A stretch of 64,000 nt of DNA from Oculina patagonica. Lineage: Eukaryota. Positions 1-10,800 of this stretch are shown one piece after another; within the stretch, counting starts at the first letter, position 1; the number at the start of each line of letters is the position of its first letter. The position numbers were made by a program, and so were the translations under genes. The notes under the pieces are model-generated. The model had not been told where the DNA came from, did no database searches, and saw nothing but the letters and a program-made list of their open reading frames with translations. The stretch is from NCBI RefSeq assembly GCF_052425735.1, contig NC_135768.1, forward strand, positions 2,046,001 through 2,110,000, read 5' to 3'.

Positions 1-257
1 AATTGCCACAGGCCCGTCCGCCAGGCCGTATCAAAATCAGGCAACAATAAAGGTGTTTCTCAGCTGAAAACATTCCACCAGCAGCTCACACCTTTACTTA
101 GCTACAACCTTGAGATTAATATGCCAGCTGTAATCTCAGTATGATAAACATAGAAACTGGCGGTTCCTTTGTTTTTTCCTAAGAACATTCAAATTTAATA
201 CTTTGAAAAACTTTGAATTTTTGTTTACAACAACAAAAGATATAAACAGATTGGAAT

Positions 258-371
258 CACATGAAAGTACTGCTCAGTAGCTTTCGTTTGAATGGTCACA
301 CACTAGGGTTCCAGCCACAGAATTAAAAGTTAGAACCACCTTGTACAGCATAATTAACAGCACCATGAAAG
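258..371 (+). repeat. Interspersed ~110-bp repeat unit (family also at 13764-13960)
   Basis: CATGAAAGTACTGCTCA..AATGGTCACACACTAGGG..AAAAGTTAGAACCACCTTGTACAGCATAAT recurs near-identically at 13764-13960. Confidence 0.8.
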
Positions 372-2549
372 ACGCTCAAAGGCTTGAGGCGCATAAACAA
401 TATTTCAATCATGGACAAAAATGTTAGAGCAAATAAAATGACTATTATTGATGTTCGATAACTGTGAAGGAGAGGTCAAAACCGAGTTATTTTTCCATCT
501 TTCAAATTATCTAGTAATAAGTACTACACTCAGGACACTTCTTTAACCTAATATTAGAGGCTGAAGATCTTGGAACCCCAGCACACCACTGCATTTGCAA
601 ATAACAAAAGAACATTTGAGGCGATTTTGTAATTTTTATTTCAACTTCTGTTCACTTCTCTTTTGCATTGAACACTTTGGGAATAACAGCTCTGAGATAT
701 ATATTTTTTCACCTTGACATTAGAGTACAGCTTATATATATATGTATAAGTACAACATTTGACAGTAATTTCAAAGACCATATAACACAGTCTGCATGGG
801 AGTCTGCATCTGTAACTTAGGTATTATATTTTATATAAAGCGTTTTTAGAAGAGTGAAATATGAACTGTGCTTCAGTATTATGGTTAAAAAATGACAAGG
901 AAAAGTGTCGCTTTTCTTAAAAGTCTGACAATAAGAGTGGAAAATTCAGACTAAAAAATTCTTCTTAGCTTGTTTACTTGATCACTTCACTACAATATAT
1001 GTTGGCAAGTCTTTAGTTGAACTTTTGAACCAAATTCTCGTGTGGCTGCTTTCAAAATGGCAGTTTTGTTTGGTGTGAGTTTTTGGGACATGTTGGTAAA
1101 TTGAAGGCAGGGCTCACGCTGAACTAAATCTTTTACTTTTTCAGTGGTAGTTTTTCGAAAAACAACCAATGTTTGCAAAGTTTTTGGTAGCTATTAGTGA
1201 TCAATTAAACTGTTTTACCAGACTTTTTTTAAATTAACAACTTACCGAACAGTGATTTCTACTGCATATTATTATAGTAGCAGACTGATGACCAACTAGT
1301 TATGTTTTAAACACTAAAAAGTCATCTAAAACTTTTTGCGTTTAGTCTATGACAATCACGCAATTTTATAACAACTATTACATTACTATTATATATGTTG
1401 CAGGATTCCAATATATTTTTTAAAAGGATGAGGCAATCAAGTTAACAAACTCTTTGCTGGAGTTATGAAATGCAATGCATATTTTAGCAGAAACGTGATA
1501 AACGATGCATAACTTAATGATATTTAAGGTATCTGCCTTTACAAGACAACTTGATTAGTTGAAAAGTTTGCGTAACTTACGCATAAGATACCAGATTACG
1601 CAACATCAAACATCTTTGATGTTCATATAGGTACTGGACAGAATGCAGAGTTCTGTACATAAAATTCAATGGCCACATTTGGCCACAACAGTTGTATATC
1701 AAAATATGTTCAGCAGTTTAGCTCAGAGCAAATGCATAGCAGCTTTCTCGGAATAATAATTTTGTTTTCCCTGTGCTCAAATTCTTTACAAGCTTTTGTT
1801 TTGAAGTACTGTATATTTATTAAATGTACAGTACAAATGGTCTTTGAAACCACTCCCATCATTTCAATATAAATCACAGATCTACCGTTCAGAATCTCTT
1901 GAAGAAAATGCACATCTTTTGAAACGTAAACCATTCTATAATTTTATATTATTACCGTGGTTTTTAGATTAAAATTGTTTAGTTTGGAGTTTGCGCTGAT
2001 CTATTAAAGCGATCGTTTCTTATAATTAACGGCTTCTACGAAAATAATAACATTAGGTCCGTGCACGTTCGAAGTGAAAATCGTGTTTGATATGAGAGCA
2101 CGCTTTGTTCTTATTGATTGGCGCAATGAATGCGAGCAATGTGTGTAAACAATTTCAATTTATACGAGTCACGAAAAATAATTGCATGGCGTAGAATCCG
2201 AAATGTACGAGCTACATTTCCCTAAATAAAAACAAAACAAACACAAAATGTTACTATTTAGAGCGCTGGGAACCACCGCTTCGAGATCGTTCGAAAACTC
2301 GCCCAATATCAACAGTACAGCAGCAAAGTTGAAAGTTGAATGACATAATATATTCAACTCGGCGGGAAGCTTGCGATTACGAAAACGTGTGTTGCGTCAC
2401 ACACCTTCAAAACAGTACACGAAAACCTGTTCATGGCGCAAAGCTCAACGAAAGTGTTATGAAATCAAAGGATACAATTTTGAAACTGCTTATCAAGTCA
2501 ATTCTTTTAGTCTGTATCTGTGTGGAATGCATATAAAATATAGTATATT

Positions 2550-3257
2550 TCACGAGGTCAATTCGCTCTTTGTTGCGGCATTCTTTAACCTTTCAATGGT
2601 TTTGAGTAATCGAGCGTTTTCTTCACGCAAAACTTCGTTTTCGACTTTAACTCGATAGTTTTCGTCCTCCAGATATTCAGCTCGTATTTGAGTTTCAAGT
2701 TCTCGAACGCGACGAGCGTCTCTTGAACGTTTCGCCGACGCGTTATTTCGCTGTCTTTTCTCCCAATATCTCTGATCCTTGCCAATTCCAACATCTTCGC
2801 TCATCATATTACCATTCTTCGAATCGCCTCGCCTTCCACGCGATTTTCCAGGCGGGAAAGCAATACCAGAATCTCCACTCGGCGCGATTGTGTCTTCACT
2901 TGACGAGCTGGATCGTTCTTTACGATGTAATTCTTCACTTGAGTCTGACTGGCAATCCGACTCTACCTTGGCTAGCTTTGCGCCATCGCGTTCCCCTTGG
3001 TTCAGCAACAAGCGCGGATTCGAAAACGACTGAAGCGAAACGACTTTCAAGATATCATTGATCGAATTCTCGCCACAATAAGGGATTCGCCGGCCATAAA
3101 CTGCCGAATCTTCGGCCAACTTGCTTAAGCTATTGCAAAATCCATTCGTTGTTGTTTTCTTTTCTTTAGATCTTTCCGAGGCGGTTGAGTCATCCGAACT
3201 TTCACTCCGCGAGCGTTTTCGCGGTCTTCGTTGCCTTGGCAAACCTTCTTCTTCCAT
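2550..3257 (-). CDS. PAR/E4BP4(NFIL3)-family bZIP transcription factor (HLF/TEF/DBP/Pdp1/vrille-like), single coding exon, 235 aa
   Basis: The C-terminal KDQRYWEKRQRNNASAKRSRDARRVRE...RAEYLEDEN...L..ENARL matches the PAR/E4BP4 basic region plus leucine zipper. The first in-frame ATG is at 3257 (MEEEGLP), with an in-frame TGA upstream; the track's TTG start at 3290 is unlikely. An N-terminal RQRRPRKRSR resembles an NLS. The exact orthologue cannot be assigned. Confidence 0.93.
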   Translation of the reverse strand: MEEEGLPRQRRPRKRSRSESSDDSTASERSKEKKTTTNGFCNSLSKLAEDSAVYGRRIPYCGENSINDILKVVSLQSFSNPRLLLNQGERDGAKLAKVESDCQSDSSEELHRKERSSSSSEDTIAPSGDSGIAFPPGKSRGRRGDSKNGNMMSEDVGIGKDQRYWEKRQRNNASAKRSRDARRVRELETQIRAEYLEDENYRVKVENEVLREENARLLKTIERLKNAATKSELTS

Positions 3258-3349
3258 TATAACAATTCCCACGTTTTCTTGCTCGCACAAATCAGTTCTA
3301 AAGCTTCGAAATCTCCTTCAGACGAATCGAAGCGATGTTATATCGTTGA

Positions 3350-3630
3350 AAGTGCACACAAGAGGGAATGCATTGAACTTATACCTTTGACACGCGATTA
3401 TGTCATTCAGAAAAACAAGCCATTGAGCATGCGTACAGACGTTGAACAATACTTTGATTGACAACACAGAAGACAACAGCCGCATGTTATGTAATCGTGT
3501 CTTTTATCATGCAAAGTTTTTCTAGCCGAGCCTATTAGAACACGCAATAGATCGATGAGGCATATGAAGCCTGAAATACATCCGAAACGTTAATGCACGT
3601 GTGGAAATAACCACCTTTCCTTATGCAATT
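3350..3630 (-). promoter_or_regulatory. Putative proximal promoter of the bZIP gene: TATA-like box, D-boxes and E-box
   Basis: Minus-strand TATAAG at 3378-3383; ATTATGTCAT at 3397-3406; consensus D-box GTTATGTAAT at 3486-3495; E-box CACGTG at 3596-3601; TTATGCAA at 3621-3628. Confidence 0.6.
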
Positions 3631-4484
3631 TAATCATGTTTATTTTCATGCTAAATTCGCAAATTGCTTCTTTTCGGTTCTTGGTTAAAGTCCCGTCGGT
3701 GCCTTTGAAAAATCCGGGAAAAATTGAACGAAAAATGACTTGTAAAATGAAAGCGATCGGCTGAAATAATATTAACCCTAGTAGATCTTTAAAGAGTTAG
3801 GTCAAGGGTAAACTTTGATTAATAAACAATATATTTCTATAGTTCATTTTGCGCAGACAATTACTCAGCTCTACGGTTCGATTCGTTTGCTTGTTTGACT
3901 TATATTGGACTTGACATTTTAAGTAGGAATCGGAACTCGAAAACATCTTCGCTTCCTCAGGGGTCTTTTATAACCATTCAACCCTTAAACCACAACATCT
4001 GAATTTTTGGTTGATTTATTACGGGCAAAACATTTAACTTACAAATCCTGTATTAAACAATAACCGGGACAGCTGTTTTTGTTCGCCTTACAAATACAAG
4101 GTCTTGCATTATTAATGAGATTTGACAGTGCACGTTTAAAACTTTTCCACGCGTAACCGTTTTAGTAGACTATGGGGTTCCTCTTTTATATATTTTTTTT
4201 TTTTTTTAGGGGGAAATGTACCTACCTTGGTAAGGGAGAAATCGCCCGAACGCTAGCAAACTTAACTGGTTTTTTTCAGCGTCACTCTAGGACGAGGGGT
4301 TTTTATAGTCTATTTTGGTGGAATACGTATCCTTTTAAAATAAATTATGTGTAACTGTGAACTGGTCTTTTGAGCGCGCGTTTTTTCCTGGTTTAGATTT
4401 CGTGCGCATGTTTGGTATGGAGTCACGCCCCCGCCCGGCACGGCCCAGCGACGCCCACGAAAATGGAACTCAGAACACACCCAT

Positions 4485-4760
4485 TAGTTCCACGAACGCG
4501 CTGGATATGAGATGGTAAATAGCCAACTCGGCGCTACGCGTAATAGGCCCCGTTAGCTATAACGATCTCATATCCAACAAGCACGAGGGTATTTTAAAAA
4601 ATAGTTTTATTCCGCCCAAAGAATTTCAATAATTGAGTTTCCCAGCAGTTTTCGTTGACGCGTTTCGGCTACCATATTTGTGCTCAATGGTATATGAGCT
4701 CATAGTCCTCGTATACCATTGCCTGTTAACCAATCAAAACGCAGGAATTGCAATAGTGAA
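4485..4760. repeat. Palindromic interspersed repeat (non-autonomous element remnant)
   Basis: GCTGGATATGAGAT..ATAGC is inverted against GCTAT..ATCTCATATCCAAC (about 4500-4580). Family is unassigned. Confidence 0.5.
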
Positions 4761-4769
4761 GATAATTGT

Positions 4770-4809
4770 CTCCATACGTTTCGAGGTTACTGCCCCTTCT
4801 TCAGTGGAA
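4770..4809 (-). ncRNA. Minimal type I hammerhead ribozyme motif (Penelope/retrozyme-type)
   Basis: The minus strand reads TTCCA-CTGAAGA-A-GGGG-CAGTAA-CCTC-GAAAC-GTA-TGGAG. This gives a CUGANGA core, stem II, GAAAC, palindromic ACGU stem III, a GUA cleavage triplet and stem I TCCA/TGGA. Confidence 0.7.
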
Positions 4810-4879
4810 AATTTGAAACGCCAGACAAGTTAATTAATTTAATTCTTTGATTTGAATTACAGGTGAACGAGAAAATAAG

Positions 4880-5302
4880 AACAACGTTTATCCAATTAGT
4901 ACAATTTCACTGCAATAAAACCACATAATTCCAGTGGTAAACTGGTTATTCTGCGCATTTACCAAGGTTCTCAGAAGGCAGAGCTTAGAAAAAAACAGTT
5001 TGAATGTAGGGGACCACTTAAAAAAGAATAAAACTACTTGGCTTGTCTTTTGCCTGCCGGATCTCTTGTTTAAGAAAATGCTCTTACCAGACTTCACTCT
5101 AAGTGATAATAAAACCAGATTGATTGCAAGGCTGGGAAAACGGCAGGAGGGCAAAATTTATCAGCCAATATTTCAACTACACTGCTAGTTTTGGGTGACC
5201 AGCTACTGTATGTATTTTTAATTTATTGATTGTTTAAGTTGTTACTTGTATTTTACAGTGCAAATAAACCTTGTTGTTGTTGTTGTTGTTGTTGTTGTAG
5301 TT
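4880..5302 (+). mobile_element. Probable 3' end of a non-LTR retrotransposon with (TTG)n tail
   Basis: A short ORF remnant, then a T-rich 3'UTR-like tract, AATAAA at ~5263 and a (TTG)n tail at 5271-5302. No recognisable RT motif. Confidence 0.4.
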
Positions 5303-7664
5303 GAAATATGGCCAATAAATTTTGCCCAACCACCGTTGTACTAGCCTTGTAATCAATCCAGAGCTTAGAGCTGTACGCATTTCAAAGAATTGAATAGCTT
5401 CTGTTTTCACTCCTCGAATTCCCTCAATCCTCCTTCCCCCGTCCCCTTTTACGCCGCTGCACAGGCGAAGAACTGAATCAAATGCTTTTAAGTTGTTTAC
5501 CGTTTCTTTTATGTGTTTCCTTCAGTTAGGCGCTTTGAAGCGTGCATCACGCGAGAGCAGTTTTGAGTTCAAAGTTTGCGAGTATAACTTAACCATCATA
5601 CTTCACGGCCGTGGTGTGTGCAACCGCGCTCACAGAAGTACCCTAGGAAAGTCTGGGAACAAATTGGTGGAAATACCACAAAATTTTCTTTTTTTTTTAT
5701 TAGGTTCTCACGCAGGTTAGCAGATCACGCTTGAAGTGGAAAAAAATTATTTCACGTTTCACGCGCGCTAACGTTTACGACATTTTACTGAGTGTAGCTT
5801 CTGGTGGCGCAAGAAGTATCATCTTCCGTGCACAAGTCGAGACACTTTTGAATATAAAGTAATACAGTAACAGGCTTTGAGATAGCCAGGGAGTGGAATT
5901 CACTGTTGCGGCCACTTTTTTCGACGAAGTTTTCTTTCAGCTAATGTTAAATGATCTTGGAGAAAAGTAATGAAAAGTAGCAAACCCCGGCCCGCCTTGT
6001 CTGTAAACTAAATTCCCCCCTTAGGCCAAAAGTATTATTATATGTTCTGCCAGGAGTCTGTGGTCTTGCCTAATTGCACGATATATACTGATAACTTTTA
6101 TTAAATTACGAAAGATTAATTAACAAAGTCCAAATTAGAGACTGGATGTGTGTGTGTGCTCTATTGAGGCGCATTTGTCATATCGGAGTTACTCTACGAT
6201 TTCAGTACATTTAAAGAAGATATTTTATTCATGCATTGCCAATCATCACCTAAACCGTCGAACCTAATTTTGGTTCTTGTGCTTGCTTTCCGGTGAATGT
6301 GTTGTTTCTTCTTCACACGTAGAAGATACTCTACTTATCGTGCAAATATCTCTAAAATGTAAACCCCTAAGATGCTTTAATTGGTTCTGACAGCAACAAA
6401 ACAAAATCGGTCAAAAAACCATAACCCTTTTGACTGCCCGTCTGTACAAGAAACAGATCCCTTCACACTAAAAGGTTTCAAATAATGAAATAAAAGTTTA
6501 AGGCGCCCACGTCCAATTATAAAATTATCTTGACGCCTTCGTTTCCTTCTGATCTCACTGCTGGTAGTATAAATTTGGTACCAAATGTTGTACAGAAATT
6601 TTTTCTGTGTTATGTCGTTCGGCGATGAATAGTTGTTACAAGTTGCTATAGGGGAGCGGGGCACCCTTCTATAGGGTTAATCCCAAGGTCGCACGCTTTT
6701 TCGATAACTCGGCACGTGCTACAGGCGGTAATTAAAGAGTTGATTAATCTAATTAATCTAATAAATTAGTGTCAAGAGTAAGGCCTTGCACTGGAATGGT
6801 AAAACTTCCAGACTTTGCCATAATTTACATTTCAAAATCCAGGACAAGTCCCTTTAAACCACGGATTGACGACCATCATAGTGAAAGATCAACAGTTACC
6901 TAAGCCGTACGTGAACAAACGTTAGAAAGTTGAGTCGGTTTGTTAGCCCGACAGTGTACCGTATTATTAACGCCGAGAAGAAAATAAAAATAAGGGAAAA
7001 TGTTTTGTCAAAAACTCTATAAGAAGCAGTTCATCTCAAACCAACCCCGCCATTCATTTTGCTACTAATATAAGAAATAAGCTGCCATTTCTTTTTTCGG
7101 CGCGCATTTATTCTTCCTTTGGTCCAATTTCCTTGGAAATGCATTCAATGTTGAGACAGAAAGATAAAAAAGTAGGCATGCTAATATAGACGTCTGTCAT
7201 CGCTATCCGCCATTTATACAGGTAATTTCAAGCACTCAGGAATGGTGATGGTGGCCCTTAAATACAGACAAAATAAGCTACAGTCTGTATTTTTAATTTC
7301 TTCCTCTAGAATCGTCGAAAAAGAGGCGAGGCATGGCGAGAAACACGCAAGTTTCGCCTTGTATTTTTGTCTTGACGCTAAGCCAGTAAAACTAAACAAA
7401 ACTTTTTTCTCTCAGATCCAGATTATCCGTCGGCACAGCTTTTTTTGAGACGTAATCAGCTTCGCTTGTTTTGATTTTGTTTGCGTTGGTCAAATGTGCT
7501 GGAAAGTAAATTTGCTTGCGACACAAATAAACACAACGGGTCCCCGCAGACAGTAAAGTTCAGACAATCGTAGAGGAAAAACATTGCAGAGATGTGTGTG
7601 TAATAATCATGGCTGCAATGTAGGGCATTTTTACATTCTTTTATTTTATATAGGATTAGGTCTA

Positions 7665-7850
7665 CAATGGGCGAAAGTGGCGCGCACCAAGGAGCTTAGC
7701 CAGGTTTTCACACTAGGATTATTGCCATCTTCCCTGGATGGGATGCAAGCCCATTACAAGATACCCCCAGCCAGCATTTTTGTCTTTGCCTAAAATTTAT
7801 TTGTACATAGAACGAATGGAGAGAGAGACATCTTGAGAGCAAATTTCTTT
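7665..7850 (-). mobile_element. Degenerate CORE-like SINE fragment
   Basis: GGAGCTTAGCCAGGTTTT..CCCTGGATGGGATGC.. resembles the SINE body at 47814-48108. Confidence 0.5.
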
Positions 7851-10800
7851 TACTCTATCTCCAACAGTTAATCTACATTAAAAAAATTAAATCCCTCTGG
7901 GACTACTATTAGTGGTAAAACACTACAAAGAGTTACTGAATAGCCAAACATACGATCACTTTTCAAGATTAAAACTATATAGCGCTTTGTTGTCTAACTG
8001 AACCCTGAAGTGAAACGAAAACAAAATAATTTCTAACTTTGAACAAGTAAGAAAACCAGACGTCTAGAAGGGGGCATCTCGTTAAATTGATCAGACATAA
8101 ACATAAAACAACTAATAAAATAAAAAAAACTTGGATCAGACATTGACATTCGAGATTGACGAGGTCGATGATCAAAAACGGAGATGATCGAATGAATTAA
8201 AAATAAATTTTTTTTTGGTTTTTTACTCGATTCTTAACCTACACATTTGGAGCCAACGCTCTCCCCCCCTGCCCCCCCCCCCCCGTATCTTAACCTATTC
8301 ACCCACAATAACAACGTGAAAAATTGTACACATAGCGCCACTAATAATGGGTTCAGTCTTAAAACAGAGTTGTTGTTGTTGTTGTTGTTGTTTTCAGGCG
8401 AAGAGATTGTTGTGCGACATACTCAGCACTCGAAGAAAAGCTTTTGTTTGATACATTGTGTAAGCTGTCTCAAGGTGTCTCGATTTTTCCGGGTTCTAAT
8501 GTTCACCATGGCTTTCACTGGGATTGATATAACTTAGTTTAAATCCGAAATCTCACGATCACCTGTATTCATTGGATCAAGGATCTTTTTATTTACTCGT
8601 TGTAAAATAACAACTTAAACTTGACTAAGGTATATTGTGCACGTGGCCCGCAGGGCTGAGTAAACATGGTAACGAAAGAGGTAATCTCCGAAGGGTAATC
8701 TCTTTTTAAAACTCTTTGAAAGGGAGAAGTCAGCACAAAAACACCAAGACTCTAATGTCACACGAATTGCGCATGAGTGACTTGAAGCCAGCCGCTGGAT
8801 AATGGTACTATGATGGGCTCTATGCGTTATAAGACCTTATAAGGGTTAATCTTGTAGTTATTTCAGAGTTTTAAGAGCTGTTCTAGCCTAAGCTACCTGG
8901 GTCTCCAGCCGGCCAGCATGATACAAGCTTAAAAAACTTGGGCTGTGTTCCAAAAGAAAGTATATGATTTGTATTGCATTTCATTATTTTATCCGACAGC
9001 AAAGAAGAGAGCTAAATTAATGACTATTTAATCCGCAAATTTAGGCAATGCAATCGCAAAATGCTGCAGTCACCAACTTAAATACACGAGAAATATACGA
9101 TTTCAAAGTAAGGTTAGTAAAATGAAACACGGATTCGATTTGAAAAATAAAAGAAAGTTCCATTAAGATATACCTGGTCTGTTTTCTGCCGGAAAGGTTG
9201 TATCTTTAGCGTAGAGAAACAGAAGCGAAGAGTTTTGGGAGGTTTTCGCACCGTTTTGATACATAAAAAGAACAAAGCCTCGCCCGTGAAACAAAGTCCT
9301 ATTCAAAGAATGCTGCAATTGGTTTAAACCGCCTGAATAGCTCTAATACCTCCTTGAAATTCCTCACTAAGATTAAGACAACTGTTTAAGAATTCAGAAG
9401 AACTAATTCGTGCGCACTTACAGTTGAGAACGTCTTGAAAGAAAACGCGGTCAAATGACGGGTAATAGATTTTTATTGAACAATAAAAAGTCATTTTTAC
9501 AGATAACCTTTACGTGCCTTTATATGCTGTTTCCTGCATCGCCGGAAGAATTAACACAGATTTTGTTTTTAAAGGATAATCTCTAAGGCGATGATTTGAT
9601 CTCACAATGTACAATGCCACAAGTTAATCCGTGTCTAAATTATCAAGAGTTATCACTTCCGAATTTATTGGTACTTGTGCCAACTAGGCACCTCTTAACG
9701 GTCGTCTATAGAATGAACTAGAAGCTGAACTGTGCCTATTTTGCCAGTAAATATTAACATACCAATTATTTGACCCCCAAGACACCATTTGAATGTTCAA
9801 GAAACTCTCAATCCGGCTTTCCGCTATCGGTGAACTTCGAAGTGCACGCAACATGCTCACAAAAATATCATACCCCCATAACTGTTCAATTAAGTACTGC
9901 ATTTAGGCTTCATTCCAAGTTTGCCATAAGATTCAAACTGAAATCTATCAAACAGCCATTATGTTTTTCAAACTGACGCTGCAGCATTTAAGTGAAACTG
10001 AAATCATTGTTGTCTCTTCTTACCATCCAAACATTTTTGAAAACTCCGAATACCTTGAAATTCAATGTGACGAATTCTATTTCCTTTTGTCTGTACGGGC
10101 CGTTTAACGGCAAAACTGGTAAGGTATGGTAACCAATAAACGTGCGACCAAACTTAAGTTTCCTATAAAGTAAAGCCGATGGAGAAATTAAAGGAGTTTT
10201 AAAAAGAAAGCAACACACTAAGAAAAGGTCTATTTTGCTTTCCCAAAAACACAGCGCGGCAGGCAAGGGCTGGAACCAAGACCGCTCGATCCGATTCAGC
10301 ACACGAACCATTCCTACGGGTTGCTGGAACAGACTAACATTTCAATAAGTGCATTTAATTTAAATGGCTCTTAAACAACTGATTCCAATAGATAGCGCAG
10401 CAATGAAAACAGTAATAAGAATATATTTTGTGAGGTTCAGATTCCGTTACTTCAGTTCGCTGAAAGTACTTTCCTAAACAAAAAAAGATGGCGGACTCAA
10501 CAATTTGAAAAAAAAAACTTTACTTTCTAAAGTTTCGTGATGAAAGTTGTAGCGAATGCATGCCTCTTCGACGCTCGTTTTCAGTTCAACTAAACACTCT
10601 TCAAATAAACTCTGGCATCTAGCTTAGCTTATTTAGCAAAAGAAACCAGTGCTCTATACTGTCACAAAACCTCTAGGACATTCCAAAACATAAGAAATTA
10701 TCTCAAGTACAGTGTTCTCAAATAACCAGAGTGTTTTATACTTATAAATCACATGGATTTTGCTTCTTTATACGCTAAATATGTCATGATATAAATTTAG

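Noticed and set aside
3258-3290. TTG-initiated N-terminal extension of the bZIP ORF given in the track
   Set aside because: This is a eukaryotic gene; the first ATG is at 3257 with a TATA-like box ~120 bp upstream.
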